DNA of 59,014 bases, counting the filler. It is 3 parts of 3 records of this genome, joined end to end, with 100 filler letters (N's around TTAATTAATTAA, not from the genome) between each part and the next. Parts side by side here need not be neighbours in the genome. Positions count along the whole stretch, not along the records: positions 1 to 31,021 come from SRR20825019_1386; positions 31,122 to 46,921 come from SRR20825019_1388; 1 more part is not named here. The stretch is one strand, 5' to 3'. The notes below the pieces were generated by a model. That model did not search any database and had not been told where the DNA came from. It saw nothing but the letters and a program-made list of their open reading frames with translations. Positions 29,804 to 39,966 of this stretch are shown one piece after another. A program made the translations under genes and the position numbers. Numbering within the stretch: the first letter of the stretch is position 1; each line of letters begins with the position of its first letter.

Positions 29804-31021
29804 ATGTTGTCTAAAAATCTAGAGGAAAGCCTGCATAGAGCACTCGATCTCGCGAATGAGCGGAGCCATGAATACGCCACGCTCGAGCATTTGCTCTACG
29901 CATTGACGACCGATCAGGACGCCATTGCGGTGATGCGCGCCTGCGACGTCGATGTTGAGCGATTGCGCGGCGATCTTGCTGGCTATATCGACAATGACCT
30001 GATGAACCTGATTGGTGGTCAGGAAGAGGAAGCCAAGCCGACTGCCGGTTTCCAGCGGGTTGTCCAGCGGGCCGTGATCCATGTGCAGTCTTCCGGCCGG
30101 GCCGAGGTCACGGGCGCGAATGTTCTGGTTGCCCTGTTCTCCGAGCGGGAAAGCCATGCCGTCTACTTCCTGCAGGAGCAGGAGATGTCCCGTTTCGATG
30201 CGGTGAATTACATCTCTCACGGTATAGCCAAGGTGCATGGCCAGACGGAGGCCCCCCGGGTCGACGGCGCCGAAGAGGATGCCAAGCAGGATACCGTGAA
30301 CAAGAGTGGCAACGAGGCGCTGGACGCCTATTGCGTGGATCTGAACAAGAAGGCGACGGCGGGCAAGATCGATCCGCTGATCGGCCGGGAGTTCGAGGTC
30401 GAGCGTACCATCCAGATTCTCTGCCGCCGGACCAAGAACAATCCGCTTTATGTCGGTGATCCGGGTGTTGGCAAAACCGCGATCGCGGAAGGTCTCGCCA
30501 AGCGTATCGTCGACGGGCAAGTTCCCGAAGTCTTGCAGAATGCGCAGATTTTCTCGCTCGATATGGGCTCGCTGCTGGCCGGAACCCGGTATCGCGGCGA
30601 TTTCGAGGAGCGGCTGAAGGCCGTCGTTTCCGAGCTTGAGCGTAATCCGGACGCCGTGCTGTTCATCGATGAAATTCATACCGTGATCGGTGCCGGTGCC
30701 ACTTCCGGCGGCGCCATGGATGCGTCGAACCTGCTGAAGCCCGCGCTTCAGTCGGGCGCCCTGCGCTGCATCGGGTCGACCACCTACAAGGAATTCCGGA
30801 CCCATTTCGAGAAGGACCGCGCGCTGGTCCGCCGGTTCCAGAAGATCGACGTGAAAGAGCCGTCCATTGAGGACAGCATCAAGATCCTGAAGGGCCTGAA
30901 GCCTTATTATGAAGAGCATCACAAGGTGCGCTTCACGGCCGAGGCTCTGAAGACGGCTGTTGAGCTCTCCGCGAAATATATCGGCGACCGTAAATTGCCG
31001 GACAAGGCGATCGACGTGATC
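29804..31021 (+). CDS. clpA: ATP-dependent Clp protease ATP-binding subunit ClpA (truncated by contig end)
   Basis: [33 protein letters not shown]; immediately after clpS. Confidence 0.97.
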
Positions 31022-31121
31022 NNNNNNNNNNNNNNNNNNNNNNNNNNNNNNNNNNNNNNNNNNNNTTAATTAATTAANNNNNNNNNNNNNNNNNNNNNNN
31101 NNNNNNNNNNNNNNNNNNNNN
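31022..31121. other. Artificial contig spacer
   Basis: N44-TTAATTAATTAA-N44, giving stops in all six frames. Confidence 0.99.
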
Positions 31122-31150
31122 AGGGTGATGAAGAGTGATGAAGGGTGATG
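31122..31150 (+). repeat. Short tandem repeat (AAGRGTGATG)x~3 at contig start
   Basis: agggtgatg aagagtgatg aagggtgatg. Confidence 0.7.
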
Positions 31151-31230
31151 AGCGCGAGCATCGAGAGCGTTCCCTGTACCAGGCTCTCTGTTATGCTGAA
31201 GGCGAGAAACGGGTAATCGACGGAGCCGAC

Positions 31231-32607
31231 ATGACGCAGAGCGAACAGGCGCAGAAAACAGAACTGCTGGCCGAGTTGGAGGCGACCCGCCAACGGACCT
31301 TTGAACTGGTGGACTCCCTCAGTGATGAGCAGCTTGAGGTGCCCTACCACCTGGGCGTGAACCCGCCACTTTGGGAAATGGGGCACGCGAGCTTTTTCTA
31401 CGAAGTGTTCGTTTTTAACCTTCTGGATGGAACCCCGAGCTACGATCCGTCCATGGATGACCTGTGGGATTCGTTTCACATTGATCATGGAGACCGTTGG
31501 AGTCGCAAACTCTTCCCCGGCCGTGAGCAAACCCTTCAGTATTTCAACACCATCTACGATCGTGTTGCGTCGCGCATCGCACAGCAACCACTGACCGACG
31601 AGGCCCTGTACCTCTATCGCTACGCCATTTATCACCAGCACATGCACATTGAGTCGATGACGTGGTGTCGGCAGACGGTTGCCCTGCCTGCTCCCCCCGG
31701 CATTGTTGGCGCCTTGCCAGAACGTGTGGAGCCTCTGCCCGGCGATGCACTCATCCCCGGCGGTCGCTACCAGATTGGAATGCCGGGCGAGTCTGACTGC
31801 TACGCCACCACCGACTTTGCCTTTGATGGGGAAAAGCCGCGTTTCGAAACCACGGTGGAGCCGTTTGCAATTTCCCGCACCCTTGTTTCCAACCGCGATT
31901 TCCTGGCGTTCGTTGAGGATGATGGCTACCGGCGACCTGAACTCTGGTCTTTCGGAGGACGCAAGTGGTTGAGTACCGAGACCGATACTGCCCTGGTGCA
32001 TGGCAGCTCCCAGCCAATGTTGCGGGAGCCCAGGCATCTACTTTACTGGCGCTGGCACGAGGGCGAATGGCAGGAGCGTGTGTTTGACCGCTGGCAGGCC
32101 CTGAATCTGGATGCGCCTGTCGTCCACGTCAGCTATTGGGAGGCCGAGGCCTATTGCCAGTGGGCCGGCCGCCGCTTGCCAACAGAAGTGGAGTGGGAGG
32201 CTGCGGCACTGGGTAACCGGATTGGCGAGGATTTTCGTCGTTTTCCCTGGGGGAATGAACGCCCAACACCCGACCATGCGGATCTCGACGCCACCCACAT
32301 GGCGCAGCAGCCGGTGTGGGATTATCCGGCGGGTGATAGCCGCTCCGGCTGTCGCCAGATGATCGGCAGTGTCTGGGAATGGACCAGCAGTCAGTTTCTT
32401 CCCTACGACGGATTCAGGGTCGATATGTACCCCTTTATGTCTACCTTGCAGTTCGGTGATCACAAGGTGACCCGGGGTGGTGGGTGTGCGACATCCTCAT
32501 GCCTGATCCGGGGCACTTACAGGCAAGCCTATCTGCCCCTTCGCAACGACGTGTACACCGGGTTTCGCACCTGTGCGCTGTCGGATTCGGCTTCTGGTAC
32601 ACGCTGA
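31231..32607 (+). CDS. ovsA: EgtB/SenA-family non-heme iron selenoxide/sulfoxide synthase (putative ovoselenol synthase OvsA)
   Basis: DinB-like N-terminus with NPPLWEMGH and HQHMH (3-His Fe site); FGE-sulfatase domain (RLPTEVEWE, GSVWEWT, RGG, GFR); start trimmed to ATG 31231 after GGAG. Confidence 0.7.
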   Translation: MTQSEQAQKTELLAELEATRQRTFELVDSLSDEQLEVPYHLGVNPPLWEMGHASFFYEVFVFNLLDGTPSYDPSMDDLWDSFHIDHGDRWSRKLFPGREQTLQYFNTIYDRVASRIAQQPLTDEALYLYRYAIYHQHMHIESMTWCRQTVALPAPPGIVGALPERVEPLPGDALIPGGRYQIGMPGESDCYATTDFAFDGEKPRFETTVEPFAISRTLVSNRDFLAFVEDDGYRRPELWSFGGRKWLSTETDTALVHGSSQPMLREPRHLLYWRWHEGEWQERVFDRWQALNLDAPVVHVSYWEAEAYCQWAGRRLPTEVEWEAAALGNRIGEDFRRFPWGNERPTPDHADLDATHMAQQPVWDYPAGDSRSGCRQMIGSVWEWTSSQFLPYDGFRVDMYPFMSTLQFGDHKVTRGGGCATSSCLIRGTYRQAYLPLRNDVYTGFRTCALSDSASGTR

Positions 32608-32617
32608 GGATCTTGAT

Positions 32618-33361
32618 ATGAATGTCTATGAAACCGACGAACTACTCGGGCAGTACCTGGGGTTCCATTTTGGTGAAAGCCATTTCGGAGTGGGAAATTA
32701 TCCCGCCCGCTGCGCCGGTATCTGCCAGGAGTTGATGGCAGGCCGGGATAAACGACGAGCGCTTGATCTTGGGTGCGCGGTGGGCCGAACCGCCTTTGAG
32801 CTTGGCCGGGTCTTTGACCATGTGGTGGGAGTGGACCTTTCCCGCCGGTTTATCGATGCGGCGACTACCCTGCAGAAGACCGGAGAGATCGATTACTTCC
32901 GCCGCGACGAAGGGGAACTTGGCGAACGCGTAACGGTGAGCCTGAATGCCCTGGGGCTCGACCGGGCGACGGAAAAAGTATCGTTTGCCACCGGCGACGC
33001 CAGCAACCTGGGGCCGGAACATGTGGATTATGACCTGGTCTTCGCGGGCAACCTGATTGACCGTCTTCAGGATCCGGGCGCCTTCCTGGAAAGCATCCAT
33101 AGACGCCTGGCTCTGGGCGGCACTCTGGTGATCAGCTCGCCCTATACCTTGATGGATGAATTCACCCCGATTGCCAACTGGATTGGCGGATACGAACGCA
33201 ATGGCCAGCCCTATACGGTCTATCAGGGTATGAAAGAGATACTCTCGCACCATTTTGAAGAGATACAGCCGCCCAGGGATGTGCCGTTTGTCATCCGGGA
33301 AACCCGCCGTAAATTTCAGCACACCATTGCGGAGCTCAGTGCCTGGCGTCGAACCCGGTGA
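32618..33361 (+). CDS. ovsM: Stand-alone OvoA-C-terminal-type SAM N-methyltransferase (putative OvsM)
   Basis: NVYETDELLGQY..FHFG, RALDLGCAVGR, NLIDRL..P, VPFVIRETRRKFQHT; GAGGA RBS. Confidence 0.75.
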   Translation: MNVYETDELLGQYLGFHFGESHFGVGNYPARCAGICQELMAGRDKRRALDLGCAVGRTAFELGRVFDHVVGVDLSRRFIDAATTLQKTGEIDYFRRDEGELGERVTVSLNALGLDRATEKVSFATGDASNLGPEHVDYDLVFAGNLIDRLQDPGAFLESIHRRLALGGTLVISSPYTLMDEFTPIANWIGGYERNGQPYTVYQGMKEILSHHFEEIQPPRDVPFVIRETRRKFQHTIAELSAWRRTR

Positions 33362-34003
33362 TCAGTCCCGGCGGGTAAAAAATGCTGTCTGGGTAGGGTG
33401 CCCAACGTCGGGTACGTAGTCTCCAATGCCTCCAAATCGCACGTCATAGCCGTTGCGCTCGGCCACACCACGGGCCCAGCGCTGGAACTTGGGCCTGTCC
33501 CATTCGAATTTGTGGTCTTCCTCGCGGAATTCACCCGGCGCCAGGTCGAACAGGGGGTTGTACTCCCGATTTGGCGTGGTCATGAACAGATACCCTGGCC
33601 GGTATTCCCCGAACACCGCGCGTTCCACCCTCGACAGCTGCTCTGGCCGGACATGTTCAATGGTTTCCACCATGGCGGCCGCATCGTAGCCGGTCAGGGC
33701 AGGATTGCTCTCGGCGTAGGAACCGCGGACCAGCCGGATCCTCGGCGTTTCTTCGCACAGGTATTCAGCGAGCACTGCACGGGCCTGCTGAAGAGACACG
33801 CCGGAATCCTCAAGGCCGGTTATGCTCTCGAACTGTGGGTCGGCAAGCATGCGGTAGAGCAGGGAGCCGGAACCGCAACCCAGGTCGAGTACACGCCTTG
33901 CCCCAGTCGACTTCAGGGTACGCAATACGAAATCCAGACGCTCCTCGTGGAGGGAGGTCATCTGGGTCATCATGCTGTTATCCGGAGCCTTGAGTTCGTG
34001 CAT
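33362..34003 (-). CDS. Hen1-type RNA 3'-terminal 2'-O-methyltransferase, catalytic domain only
   Basis: LHEERL, VLDLGCGSG, ETIEH, TTPNREYN, FREEDHKFEW, PTQ motifs; 213 aa, no Hen1 N-terminal domain. Confidence 0.85.
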   Translation of the reverse strand: MHELKAPDNSMMTQMTSLHEERLDFVLRTLKSTGARRVLDLGCGSGSLLYRMLADPQFESITGLEDSGVSLQQARAVLAEYLCEETPRIRLVRGSYAESNPALTGYDAAAMVETIEHVRPEQLSRVERAVFGEYRPGYLFMTTPNREYNPLFDLAPGEFREEDHKFEWDRPKFQRWARGVAERNGYDVRFGGIGDYVPDVGHPTQTAFFTRRD

Positions 34004-35577
34004 CAGGCTTTTGCGTTCTCCGTTGGTGATGGTGCCTGGCCGTCGCGATGCAACACCTGGCTTGCCAGGGCGACGCCGGTTTCGCTCATGGTCAGGTAAG
34101 CCTCGTCCGCACCCGCTTCGCGAATTCGCTCTGCTTCGTCGGCGTACAGGGTATGCGCCACAATATAGCCGGTGAAGCCCTTTTTCCGAAGGTTTCTGGC
34201 GGCGATCAGTTTGCCTTCGATGTCACCCATGGCAAGGATGACGGCTTCAACCGCGGGCATGTGCAGCCCCTGCCAGAAAGAGATGTCCTCCGCGTCACCA
34301 AAGACCACGTTGCGTCCTTCCTTCTGGTGTTTTTCCACCTTTGCCGGGTCGGAGTCAAGCGCCTTGATCAGTGGCTCCTCACGAGCAAGCTGGTCATAGG
34401 CGGCTGAGCCGGTACGGCCCATACCCATCACCAGTAATCTGGTGTTGCCCAGGGAGATCGGTTGTTCGTCGGGGTGGCGCCGCTGGCTCTCAAAGGGAGC
34501 CAGACGGGCACTGAGGCGCTCATAGACCGTGTGGGAAAGCCGGTTCACGGGGGCAGACACCACGAAGGACAGTGCCACGGTGATGGCCAGGGGGACCAGC
34601 CACTCCGGCAGGGCGACACTGGCCACGATAAGGCCAAATTCACTGTAGTTGGTCAGTGACAGGGCGCTCAGGAAACTGCTGTGAGAGCGCAGGCGGAAGG
34701 CCAGCAACAGGAAGAAAAACAGCACCCCTTTCAGGGGCACTACCAGCAGCGCTACGGCTGCAAACAGCAATGCCTCGCTATCCGGCAGGCCGCCAATGCC
34801 GATCTGAAGGAAAAAGCCCACAAGGAACATTTCCTTTACGCTCCAAAGCGATTTGGCCAGTTCCTGGGCGCGTGGATGATTGGCCAGCATGGCGCCAAGC
34901 ACCAGGGCGCCAAGCTCCGAGCTCAGCCCCACTGCTTCAAAACCGAGCCCGCCAAGAACCAGAGCCAGTAGGAGCCCGAGCAGAACCAGCAACTCATCGT
35001 GACCACTAGCATCCAGCAGTTTGAACAGCAGTGGTCTGAGCAGGGGCAGGCCAAAGATGATCAGCGCCCACTGGGAGGGCGTCTGGCCGGCGGCCAGACT
35101 CATCACCACGAGGGCAATCAGATCCTGCATGATCAGGATTCCGATGGCGACACGCCCATGGAAGGCTCTCAGTTCACGCTTTGTTTCCAGCACCTTGGCG
35201 GCCAGCACGGTACTGGAAAAGGAGAGTGCGATGGCGAGCAGAAATGCAGTCTGCCACGTGAGTTCCATCAGCAGGTAGAGGCCGGGGGTAAACACCGCAC
35301 AGGTGATGCCAAAGTGAAGCAGGCTGCCGCCGATGACTTCAGGGCTGATGATGGAACGTAGCTTCAGCTTCAGGCCAACGGTAAACAGCAGCAACAGGAC
35401 GCCCAGGTGGGCGATGTGTTCAAGAACATCGGTAGCTTCAATGGCCAGGTCAGTGGCGGCGGAGAGACCGCTCAGCACAAACCCTGCTGCCAGGTATCCC
35501 ACCAGGGGCGGCAGGCCAATGGCTTTGACCGTCAGGCCGAGGACAAAGGCAAAGGATATCCATAGTGCTTCGGGCAT
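34003..35577 (-). CDS. CPA2 cation:proton antiporter (KefB/KefC-like) with TrkA-N domain
   Basis: LPPLVGYL, LLFTVGLKL, SFSSTV, ILIMQD, SEFGLI, GMGRTG, FGDAED. Confidence 0.92.
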   Translation of the reverse strand: MPEALWISFAFVLGLTVKAIGLPPLVGYLAAGFVLSGLSAATDLAIEATDVLEHIAHLGVLLLLFTVGLKLKLRSIISPEVIGGSLLHFGITCAVFTPGLYLLMELTWQTAFLLAIALSFSSTVLAAKVLETKRELRAFHGRVAIGILIMQDLIALVVMSLAAGQTPSQWALIIFGLPLLRPLLFKLLDASGHDELLVLLGLLLALVLGGLGFEAVGLSSELGALVLGAMLANHPRAQELAKSLWSVKEMFLVGFFLQIGIGGLPDSEALLFAAVALLVVPLKGVLFFFLLLAFRLRSHSSFLSALSLTNYSEFGLIVASVALPEWLVPLAITVALSFVVSAPVNRLSHTVYERLSARLAPFESQRRHPDEQPISLGNTRLLVMGMGRTGSAAYDQLAREEPLIKALDSDPAKVEKHQKEGRNVVFGDAEDISFWQGLHMPAVEAVILAMGDIEGKLIAARNLRKKGFTGYIVAHTLYADEAERIREAGADEAYLTMSETGVALASQVLHRDGQAPSPTENAKA

Positions 35578-35682
35578 GGGTCACTTCACGGTTTAGAAAC
35601 AAGGCTCTGGCAAGGCTACCGTGTTTCCGTCGGGCCGTGTAGTCAAAACTGACTTGTCGTGCCAGTTATCACGCGTTGGCGA

Positions 35683-36630
35683 TCACTTTCCCTGGCCGGT
35701 GGCGGTTGCGACGAACTCGCGGAACAAGCGTGCGGATTCTTCTGGCACCTCGACCATGGGGGCGTGGCCGACGCCTTCCAGAAGCACTTTACGGGCATCT
35801 GGGATTCGCTCGACGAACACATCAGCGTTGCGATAATTGATCACCCGGTCTTCCATACCCCAGACCACCAGAACCGGTGCCTGGATGCGGGTGATGGCAT
35901 TGCGGAAGTCATCCTCGTAACCGGTATCCCGGATGGCATCGAAAATCACTTCGTTGACGTCGCGGTTGGCAATGGCCTTCTCTTCCATGACGTCGTAAAT
36001 GGGCCAGGGCACGAAGGGTTTCTTCTCCAGCGCAAAATCAACCAGGCGTTCAAAGTCGCCCTCCTGGGAGGGGATCAGCGGATTGTCACCGCCCATGACC
36101 AGGCTGACCAACTCGCTGTCGTACTCAAAAATTCCCGCCGGATCAAAGAGGGTGGCGGTGAGGATCTGGTCCGGGTAGGTCGCTGCATAGAGAGCGGTGA
36201 TGGCGCCGCCCATGGAGTTGCCCATCATGTGCGCTCTCTGGACGCCCAGAGCATCGAGAATCCTCGACAGGTGCCTGACCTGATCCTCGAATCGATATCC
36301 CAGGTCCAGCTCCTTGCTGCTGTCACCATGGCCGGGCAGGTCGATGGCGTAAACGTTGAACTCATCCGTCAACTGCCGCGCCAGTCGGGTCCAGTTGTCC
36401 TTGTTGGCGCCAAAGCCATGGACGAGCACGATGGTGTCGCCGTCCACCGGCTCTGCATTGCTCAGGTAGGCAATGGTCATCTCACCAACGGTGATACTGG
36501 ATTCCTCCAGCCCGGCACTGGAGCGTTCCCAGCCAATGGCGTTGTCATACAGAGCCTGGCGGGAACAGGCACTGATCATCAAGGTGATGATCAGTATTGA
36601 GAGGGTCGACAGGACAGATCGTTGAGCCAT
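35683..36630 (-). CDS. Alpha/beta hydrolase (lipase), probable lipoprotein
   Basis: Lipobox ISAC, HGFG, GNSMGG nucleophile elbow, GHAPMVE; start trimmed to MAQRSVL. Confidence 0.9.
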   Translation of the reverse strand: MAQRSVLSTLSILIITLMISACSRQALYDNAIGWERSSAGLEESSITVGEMTIAYLSNAEPVDGDTIVLVHGFGANKDNWTRLARQLTDEFNVYAIDLPGHGDSSKELDLGYRFEDQVRHLSRILDALGVQRAHMMGNSMGGAITALYAATYPDQILTATLFDPAGIFEYDSELVSLVMGGDNPLIPSQEGDFERLVDFALEKKPFVPWPIYDVMEEKAIANRDVNEVIFDAIRDTGYEDDFRNAITRIQAPVLVVWGMEDRVINYRNADVFVERIPDARKVLLEGVGHAPMVEVPEESARLFREFVATATGQGK

Positions 36631-36674
36631 CAGAGCGTTCCTTGCGAAGAGTGGGCAGATTCGGGCCTGCGCTA

Positions 36675-37961
36675 TCAGGTGTTTTCCCTGGCAATCGCGC
36701 GATAGGCAATGTCCTTGCGATAGAAGGCACCGTCCCATGAAATGCGCGCAGCTACCTCGTAGGCGCGCTTCTGTGCCTCCGTGACGGTATTGCCCAGGGC
36801 CGTGGCGCACAGCACTCGTCCACCGTTGGTAGCCACCTGTTCCCCGTTCAAACGGGTACCGGCGTGGAAGACCTTCTCGCCCTCGGTTTCCGATTCTGGC
36901 AGCCCGGATATGACGTCGCCCTTGTTGTAGCTGCCAGGATAGCCGCCCGCAGCCAGCACGATGCCCACGGAAGCGCGCTCGTCCCAGTCTGAACGGCACT
37001 GGTCAAGCTTGCCGTCAATGGCAGCCCCGCAGAGTTCCACCAGATCCGATTTCATCCGCAGCATGATGGGCTGGGTTTCCGGATCGCCAAAGCGGCAGTT
37101 GAATTCAATGACCTTGGGGGTACCTTCGCCATCGATCATCAGGCCGGCGTACAGGAAACCTTTGTAGGGGTGGCCTTCCGCGGCCATGCCGCGCACGGTG
37201 GGATAGATTACTTCGTCCATGATTCGCTTATGGACATCCTGAGTGACCACAGGAGCCGGGGAGTAGGCCCCCATGCCACCGGTATTCGGACCAGTGTCAC
37301 CGTCGCCCACACGCTTATGGTCCTGGGAGGTCGCCATGGGTAATACGTGCTCGCCATCTACCATGACGATAAAGCTGGCTTCTTCGCCATCCAGGAATTC
37401 CTCAACCACGACGCGGTTGCCTGCATCACCAAAGGCGTTACCGGCCAGCATGTCGCGGATGGCGTCTTCCGCCTCCTTCAGCGTCATGGCAACAATCACG
37501 CCTTTGCCCGCAGCCAGGCCATCGGCTTTCACCACGATGGGTGCGCCCTGCTTGCGTACATAATCCAGTGCCTGGTCCACGTCGGTGAAATTGGCGTAGG
37601 CGGCGGTGGGAATGTTCTGGCGATCCAGAAAGTCCTTGGTGAAGGCCTTGGAGCCTTCCAGCTGTGCGGCACCGGCACTGGGGCCGAACACCCGCAAACC
37701 ACGCTCTTCGAACAGGTCTACAATGCCATCAACCAGCGGCGCCTCGGGGCCGACAATGGTCAGTCCCACGTTATTGGCCGCGGCAAAGTCCGCCAGGCCG
37801 TTGAGATCCATCACGTCAATGTTGATGTTTTCCAGGCCTGGCTCGCGGGCGGTGCCGGCGTTGCCGGGGGCAACAAACACCCGGTCAGCGTCCGGTGATT
37901 GAGCGGCTTTCCAGGCCAGTGCGTGTTCGCGTCCGCCGGAGCCTATAACAAGAATATTCAT
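36675..37961 (-). CDS. purD: Phosphoribosylamine--glycine ligase
   Basis: GSGGREHAL, KADGLAAGKGV, GPNTGGMGAY, EFNCRFGDPETQ. Confidence 0.98.
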   Translation of the reverse strand: MNILVIGSGGREHALAWKAAQSPDADRVFVAPGNAGTAREPGLENINIDVMDLNGLADFAAANNVGLTIVGPEAPLVDGIVDLFEERGLRVFGPSAGAAQLEGSKAFTKDFLDRQNIPTAAYANFTDVDQALDYVRKQGAPIVVKADGLAAGKGVIVAMTLKEAEDAIRDMLAGNAFGDAGNRVVVEEFLDGEEASFIVMVDGEHVLPMATSQDHKRVGDGDTGPNTGGMGAYSPAPVVTQDVHKRIMDEVIYPTVRGMAAEGHPYKGFLYAGLMIDGEGTPKVIEFNCRFGDPETQPIMLRMKSDLVELCGAAIDGKLDQCRSDWDERASVGIVLAAGGYPGSYNKGDVISGLPESETEGEKVFHAGTRLNGEQVATNGGRVLCATALGNTVTEAQKRAYEVAARISWDGAFYRKDIAYRAIARENT

Positions 37962-37982
37962 GATCGGTTCCTGTGTGTCGGA

Positions 37983-39563
37983 TTAGTGCCGGAAGTGGCG
38001 CATGCCGGTAAACACCATGGCAATGCCGTGCTGGTTGGCTGCGTCGATCACTTCCTGGTCACGCATGGAGCCGCCGGGCTGGATCACGGCGGTAATGCCG
38101 GCTTCTGCGGCGGCGTCGATACCATCCCGGAAGGGGAAGAACGCATCGGACGCCATCACCGAGCCTTTTACCTCAAGGCCTTCATCGGCGGCTTTGATGC
38201 CGGCAATCCTGGCGCTGTAGACGCGGCTCATCTGGCCGGCTCCCACGCCGATGGTGCGGCCCGCCTTGGCGTAGACAATGGCGTTGGACTTGACGTACTT
38301 GGCCACTTCCCAGGCGAAAAGCAGGTCGTTCAGCTCCTGTTCGGATGGTTCACGCTCGCTGACCACCTTGACGTCTTCCATCGCTACCATGCCCAGGTCA
38401 CGATCCTGAACTAGCAGGCCACCGGTGACGCGTTTGTAGTCCATGGATTTGGCGCGTTCGCCATCGAACTCACCACAGGCAAGCAGGCGTACGTTCTTCT
38501 TGGCGGCGACCAGCTCCACCGCTTCTCGTGCGATGGTCGGGGCAATGATCACTTCCACGAACTGACGGTCGATGATGGCCTTGGCAGTTTCCGCATCGAG
38601 TTCGCGGTTAAAGGCAATGATGCCGCCAAACGCAGAGGTGGGGTCGGTGGCAAAGGCCAGGTCATAGGCCTGGAGGATGTCGGCGCCGATGGCCACACCA
38701 CAGGGGTTGGCGTGCTTGACGATCACGCAGGCGGGATCGGCAAAGGGCTTGACGCATTCCAGCGCGGCATCGGTGTCGGCGACATTGTTGTAGGACAGTT
38801 CCTTACCCTGAAGCTGTTTGGCGGTGGCTATGCAGGCTTCCCTGGGGTTGCGCTCGGTGTAGAAGGCAGCCCGCTGGTGGGGATTTTCTCCGTAGCGCAT
38901 GTCCTGAACCTTCAGGAACTGAGTGTTGAAGGTGCGAGGGAAATCGGCGTTGTCGTTGTCGGCGGTGCGGCCGCCGAGATAGTTGGCGATAGCACCGTCA
39001 TAGCCGGCGGTGTGCTCGAAGGCCTTCACGGCCAGGTCAAAGCGCGTGGTGTAGCTCAGCTCGCCGTCGTTGGCTTCCAGCTCTTTCAGAACACGGCTGT
39101 AATCAGAGGCGTTCACCACAATGGCCACGTCGTTGTGGTTCTTGGCAGCCGCGCGAACCATGGTAGGGCCGCCAATGTCGATGTTCTCAATGGCGGTGGC
39201 AAGGTCGCAGTCCGGTTTGGCGATGGCATTCTCAAATGGGTAGAGGTTTACAATCACCATGTCGATGGGGTTGATGCTGTGCTCTGCCATCACCGCGTCG
39301 TCGACGCTGCGACGACCAAGGATACCGCCGTGGATTTTCGGGTGCAGGGTTTTGACCCGGCCATCCATCATTTCCGGAAAGCCGGTGTAGTCACTGACTT
39401 CGGTGACGGGTACCTGGTTTTCCTGCAGGAGGCGAAAGGTGCCACCGGTAGAAAGCAGTTCGATGCCGCGATCGGTCAGTGCACGGCCGAATTCAACGAT
39501 ACCGGTTTTATCGGACACGCTGATCAGCGCACGACGGACGGGGGTATTAGCCTGATTTGCCAT
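37983..39563 (-). CDS. purH: Bifunctional AICAR transformylase/IMP cyclohydrolase
   Basis: [43 protein letters not shown]. Confidence 0.98.
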   Translation of the reverse strand: MANQANTPVRRALISVSDKTGIVEFGRALTDRGIELLSTGGTFRLLQENQVPVTEVSDYTGFPEMMDGRVKTLHPKIHGGILGRRSVDDAVMAEHSINPIDMVIVNLYPFENAIAKPDCDLATAIENIDIGGPTMVRAAAKNHNDVAIVVNASDYSRVLKELEANDGELSYTTRFDLAVKAFEHTAGYDGAIANYLGGRTADNDNADFPRTFNTQFLKVQDMRYGENPHQRAAFYTERNPREACIATAKQLQGKELSYNNVADTDAALECVKPFADPACVIVKHANPCGVAIGADILQAYDLAFATDPTSAFGGIIAFNRELDAETAKAIIDRQFVEVIIAPTIAREAVELVAAKKNVRLLACGEFDGERAKSMDYKRVTGGLLVQDRDLGMVAMEDVKVVSEREPSEQELNDLLFAWEVAKYVKSNAIVYAKAGRTIGVGAGQMSRVYSARIAGIKAADEGLEVKGSVMASDAFFPFRDGIDAAAEAGITAVIQPGGSMRDQEVIDAANQHGIAMVFTGMRHFRH

Positions 39564-39648
39564 GAGTCACTTATTTCTGCTGGGTATGAACGAATGAAGG
39601 CCTCGCGAATGGTGTCCGGGAGGCCCTCGTTTCAATCGGGTAGCTGGA

Positions 39649-39966
39649 TTATAGCAGACCGTACTGTTTGAGCTTCTTGCGCAGGGTGCCGCGGTTCAGG
39701 CCAAGCATGGTCGATGCCTTGGTCTGGTTATTGCGGGTGTACTTCATCACCTGCTCGAGCAGCGGGGCCTCTACTTCCGATAACACCAGTTGGTAGACCT
39801 CGGTCACCGGGGCGCCATCGAGTTGGGCAAAATAGTTTTTAAGGGCAACTTCCACGCTGTCGCGCAGGGTAACCGTGTTGCCGCTGCTGTTCACCGTTTG
39901 CAACTGATGAATATCATCGTTGGCAGGTGGGGTCAGGTTGTCTTTAGCCAAAGTCTCAGCGGTCAT
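39649..39966 (-). CDS. fis: DNA-binding protein Fis
   Basis: [30 protein letters not shown]; overlaps the dusB stop. Confidence 0.97.
   Translation of the reverse strand: MTAETLAKDNLTPPANDDIHQLQTVNSSGNTVTLRDSVEVALKNYFAQLDGAPVTEVYQLVLSEVEAPLLEQVMKYTRNNQTKASTMLGLNRGTLRKKLKQYGLL

Noticed and set aside
31066-31077. TTAATTAATTAA palindrome (also 46966-46977)
   Set aside because: Synthetic six-frame stop linker, not biological.
31135-31230. N-terminal extension of the OvsA-like ORF given in the ORF track
   Set aside because: It begins inside a 10-bp tandem repeat; ATG 31231 has a GGAG RBS and starts the recognisable domain.
31231-33361. Frameshifted or split canonical ovoA
   Set aside because: The second gene has its own RBS and start, and the first carries SenA-like rather than OvoA-like Fe-site motifs.
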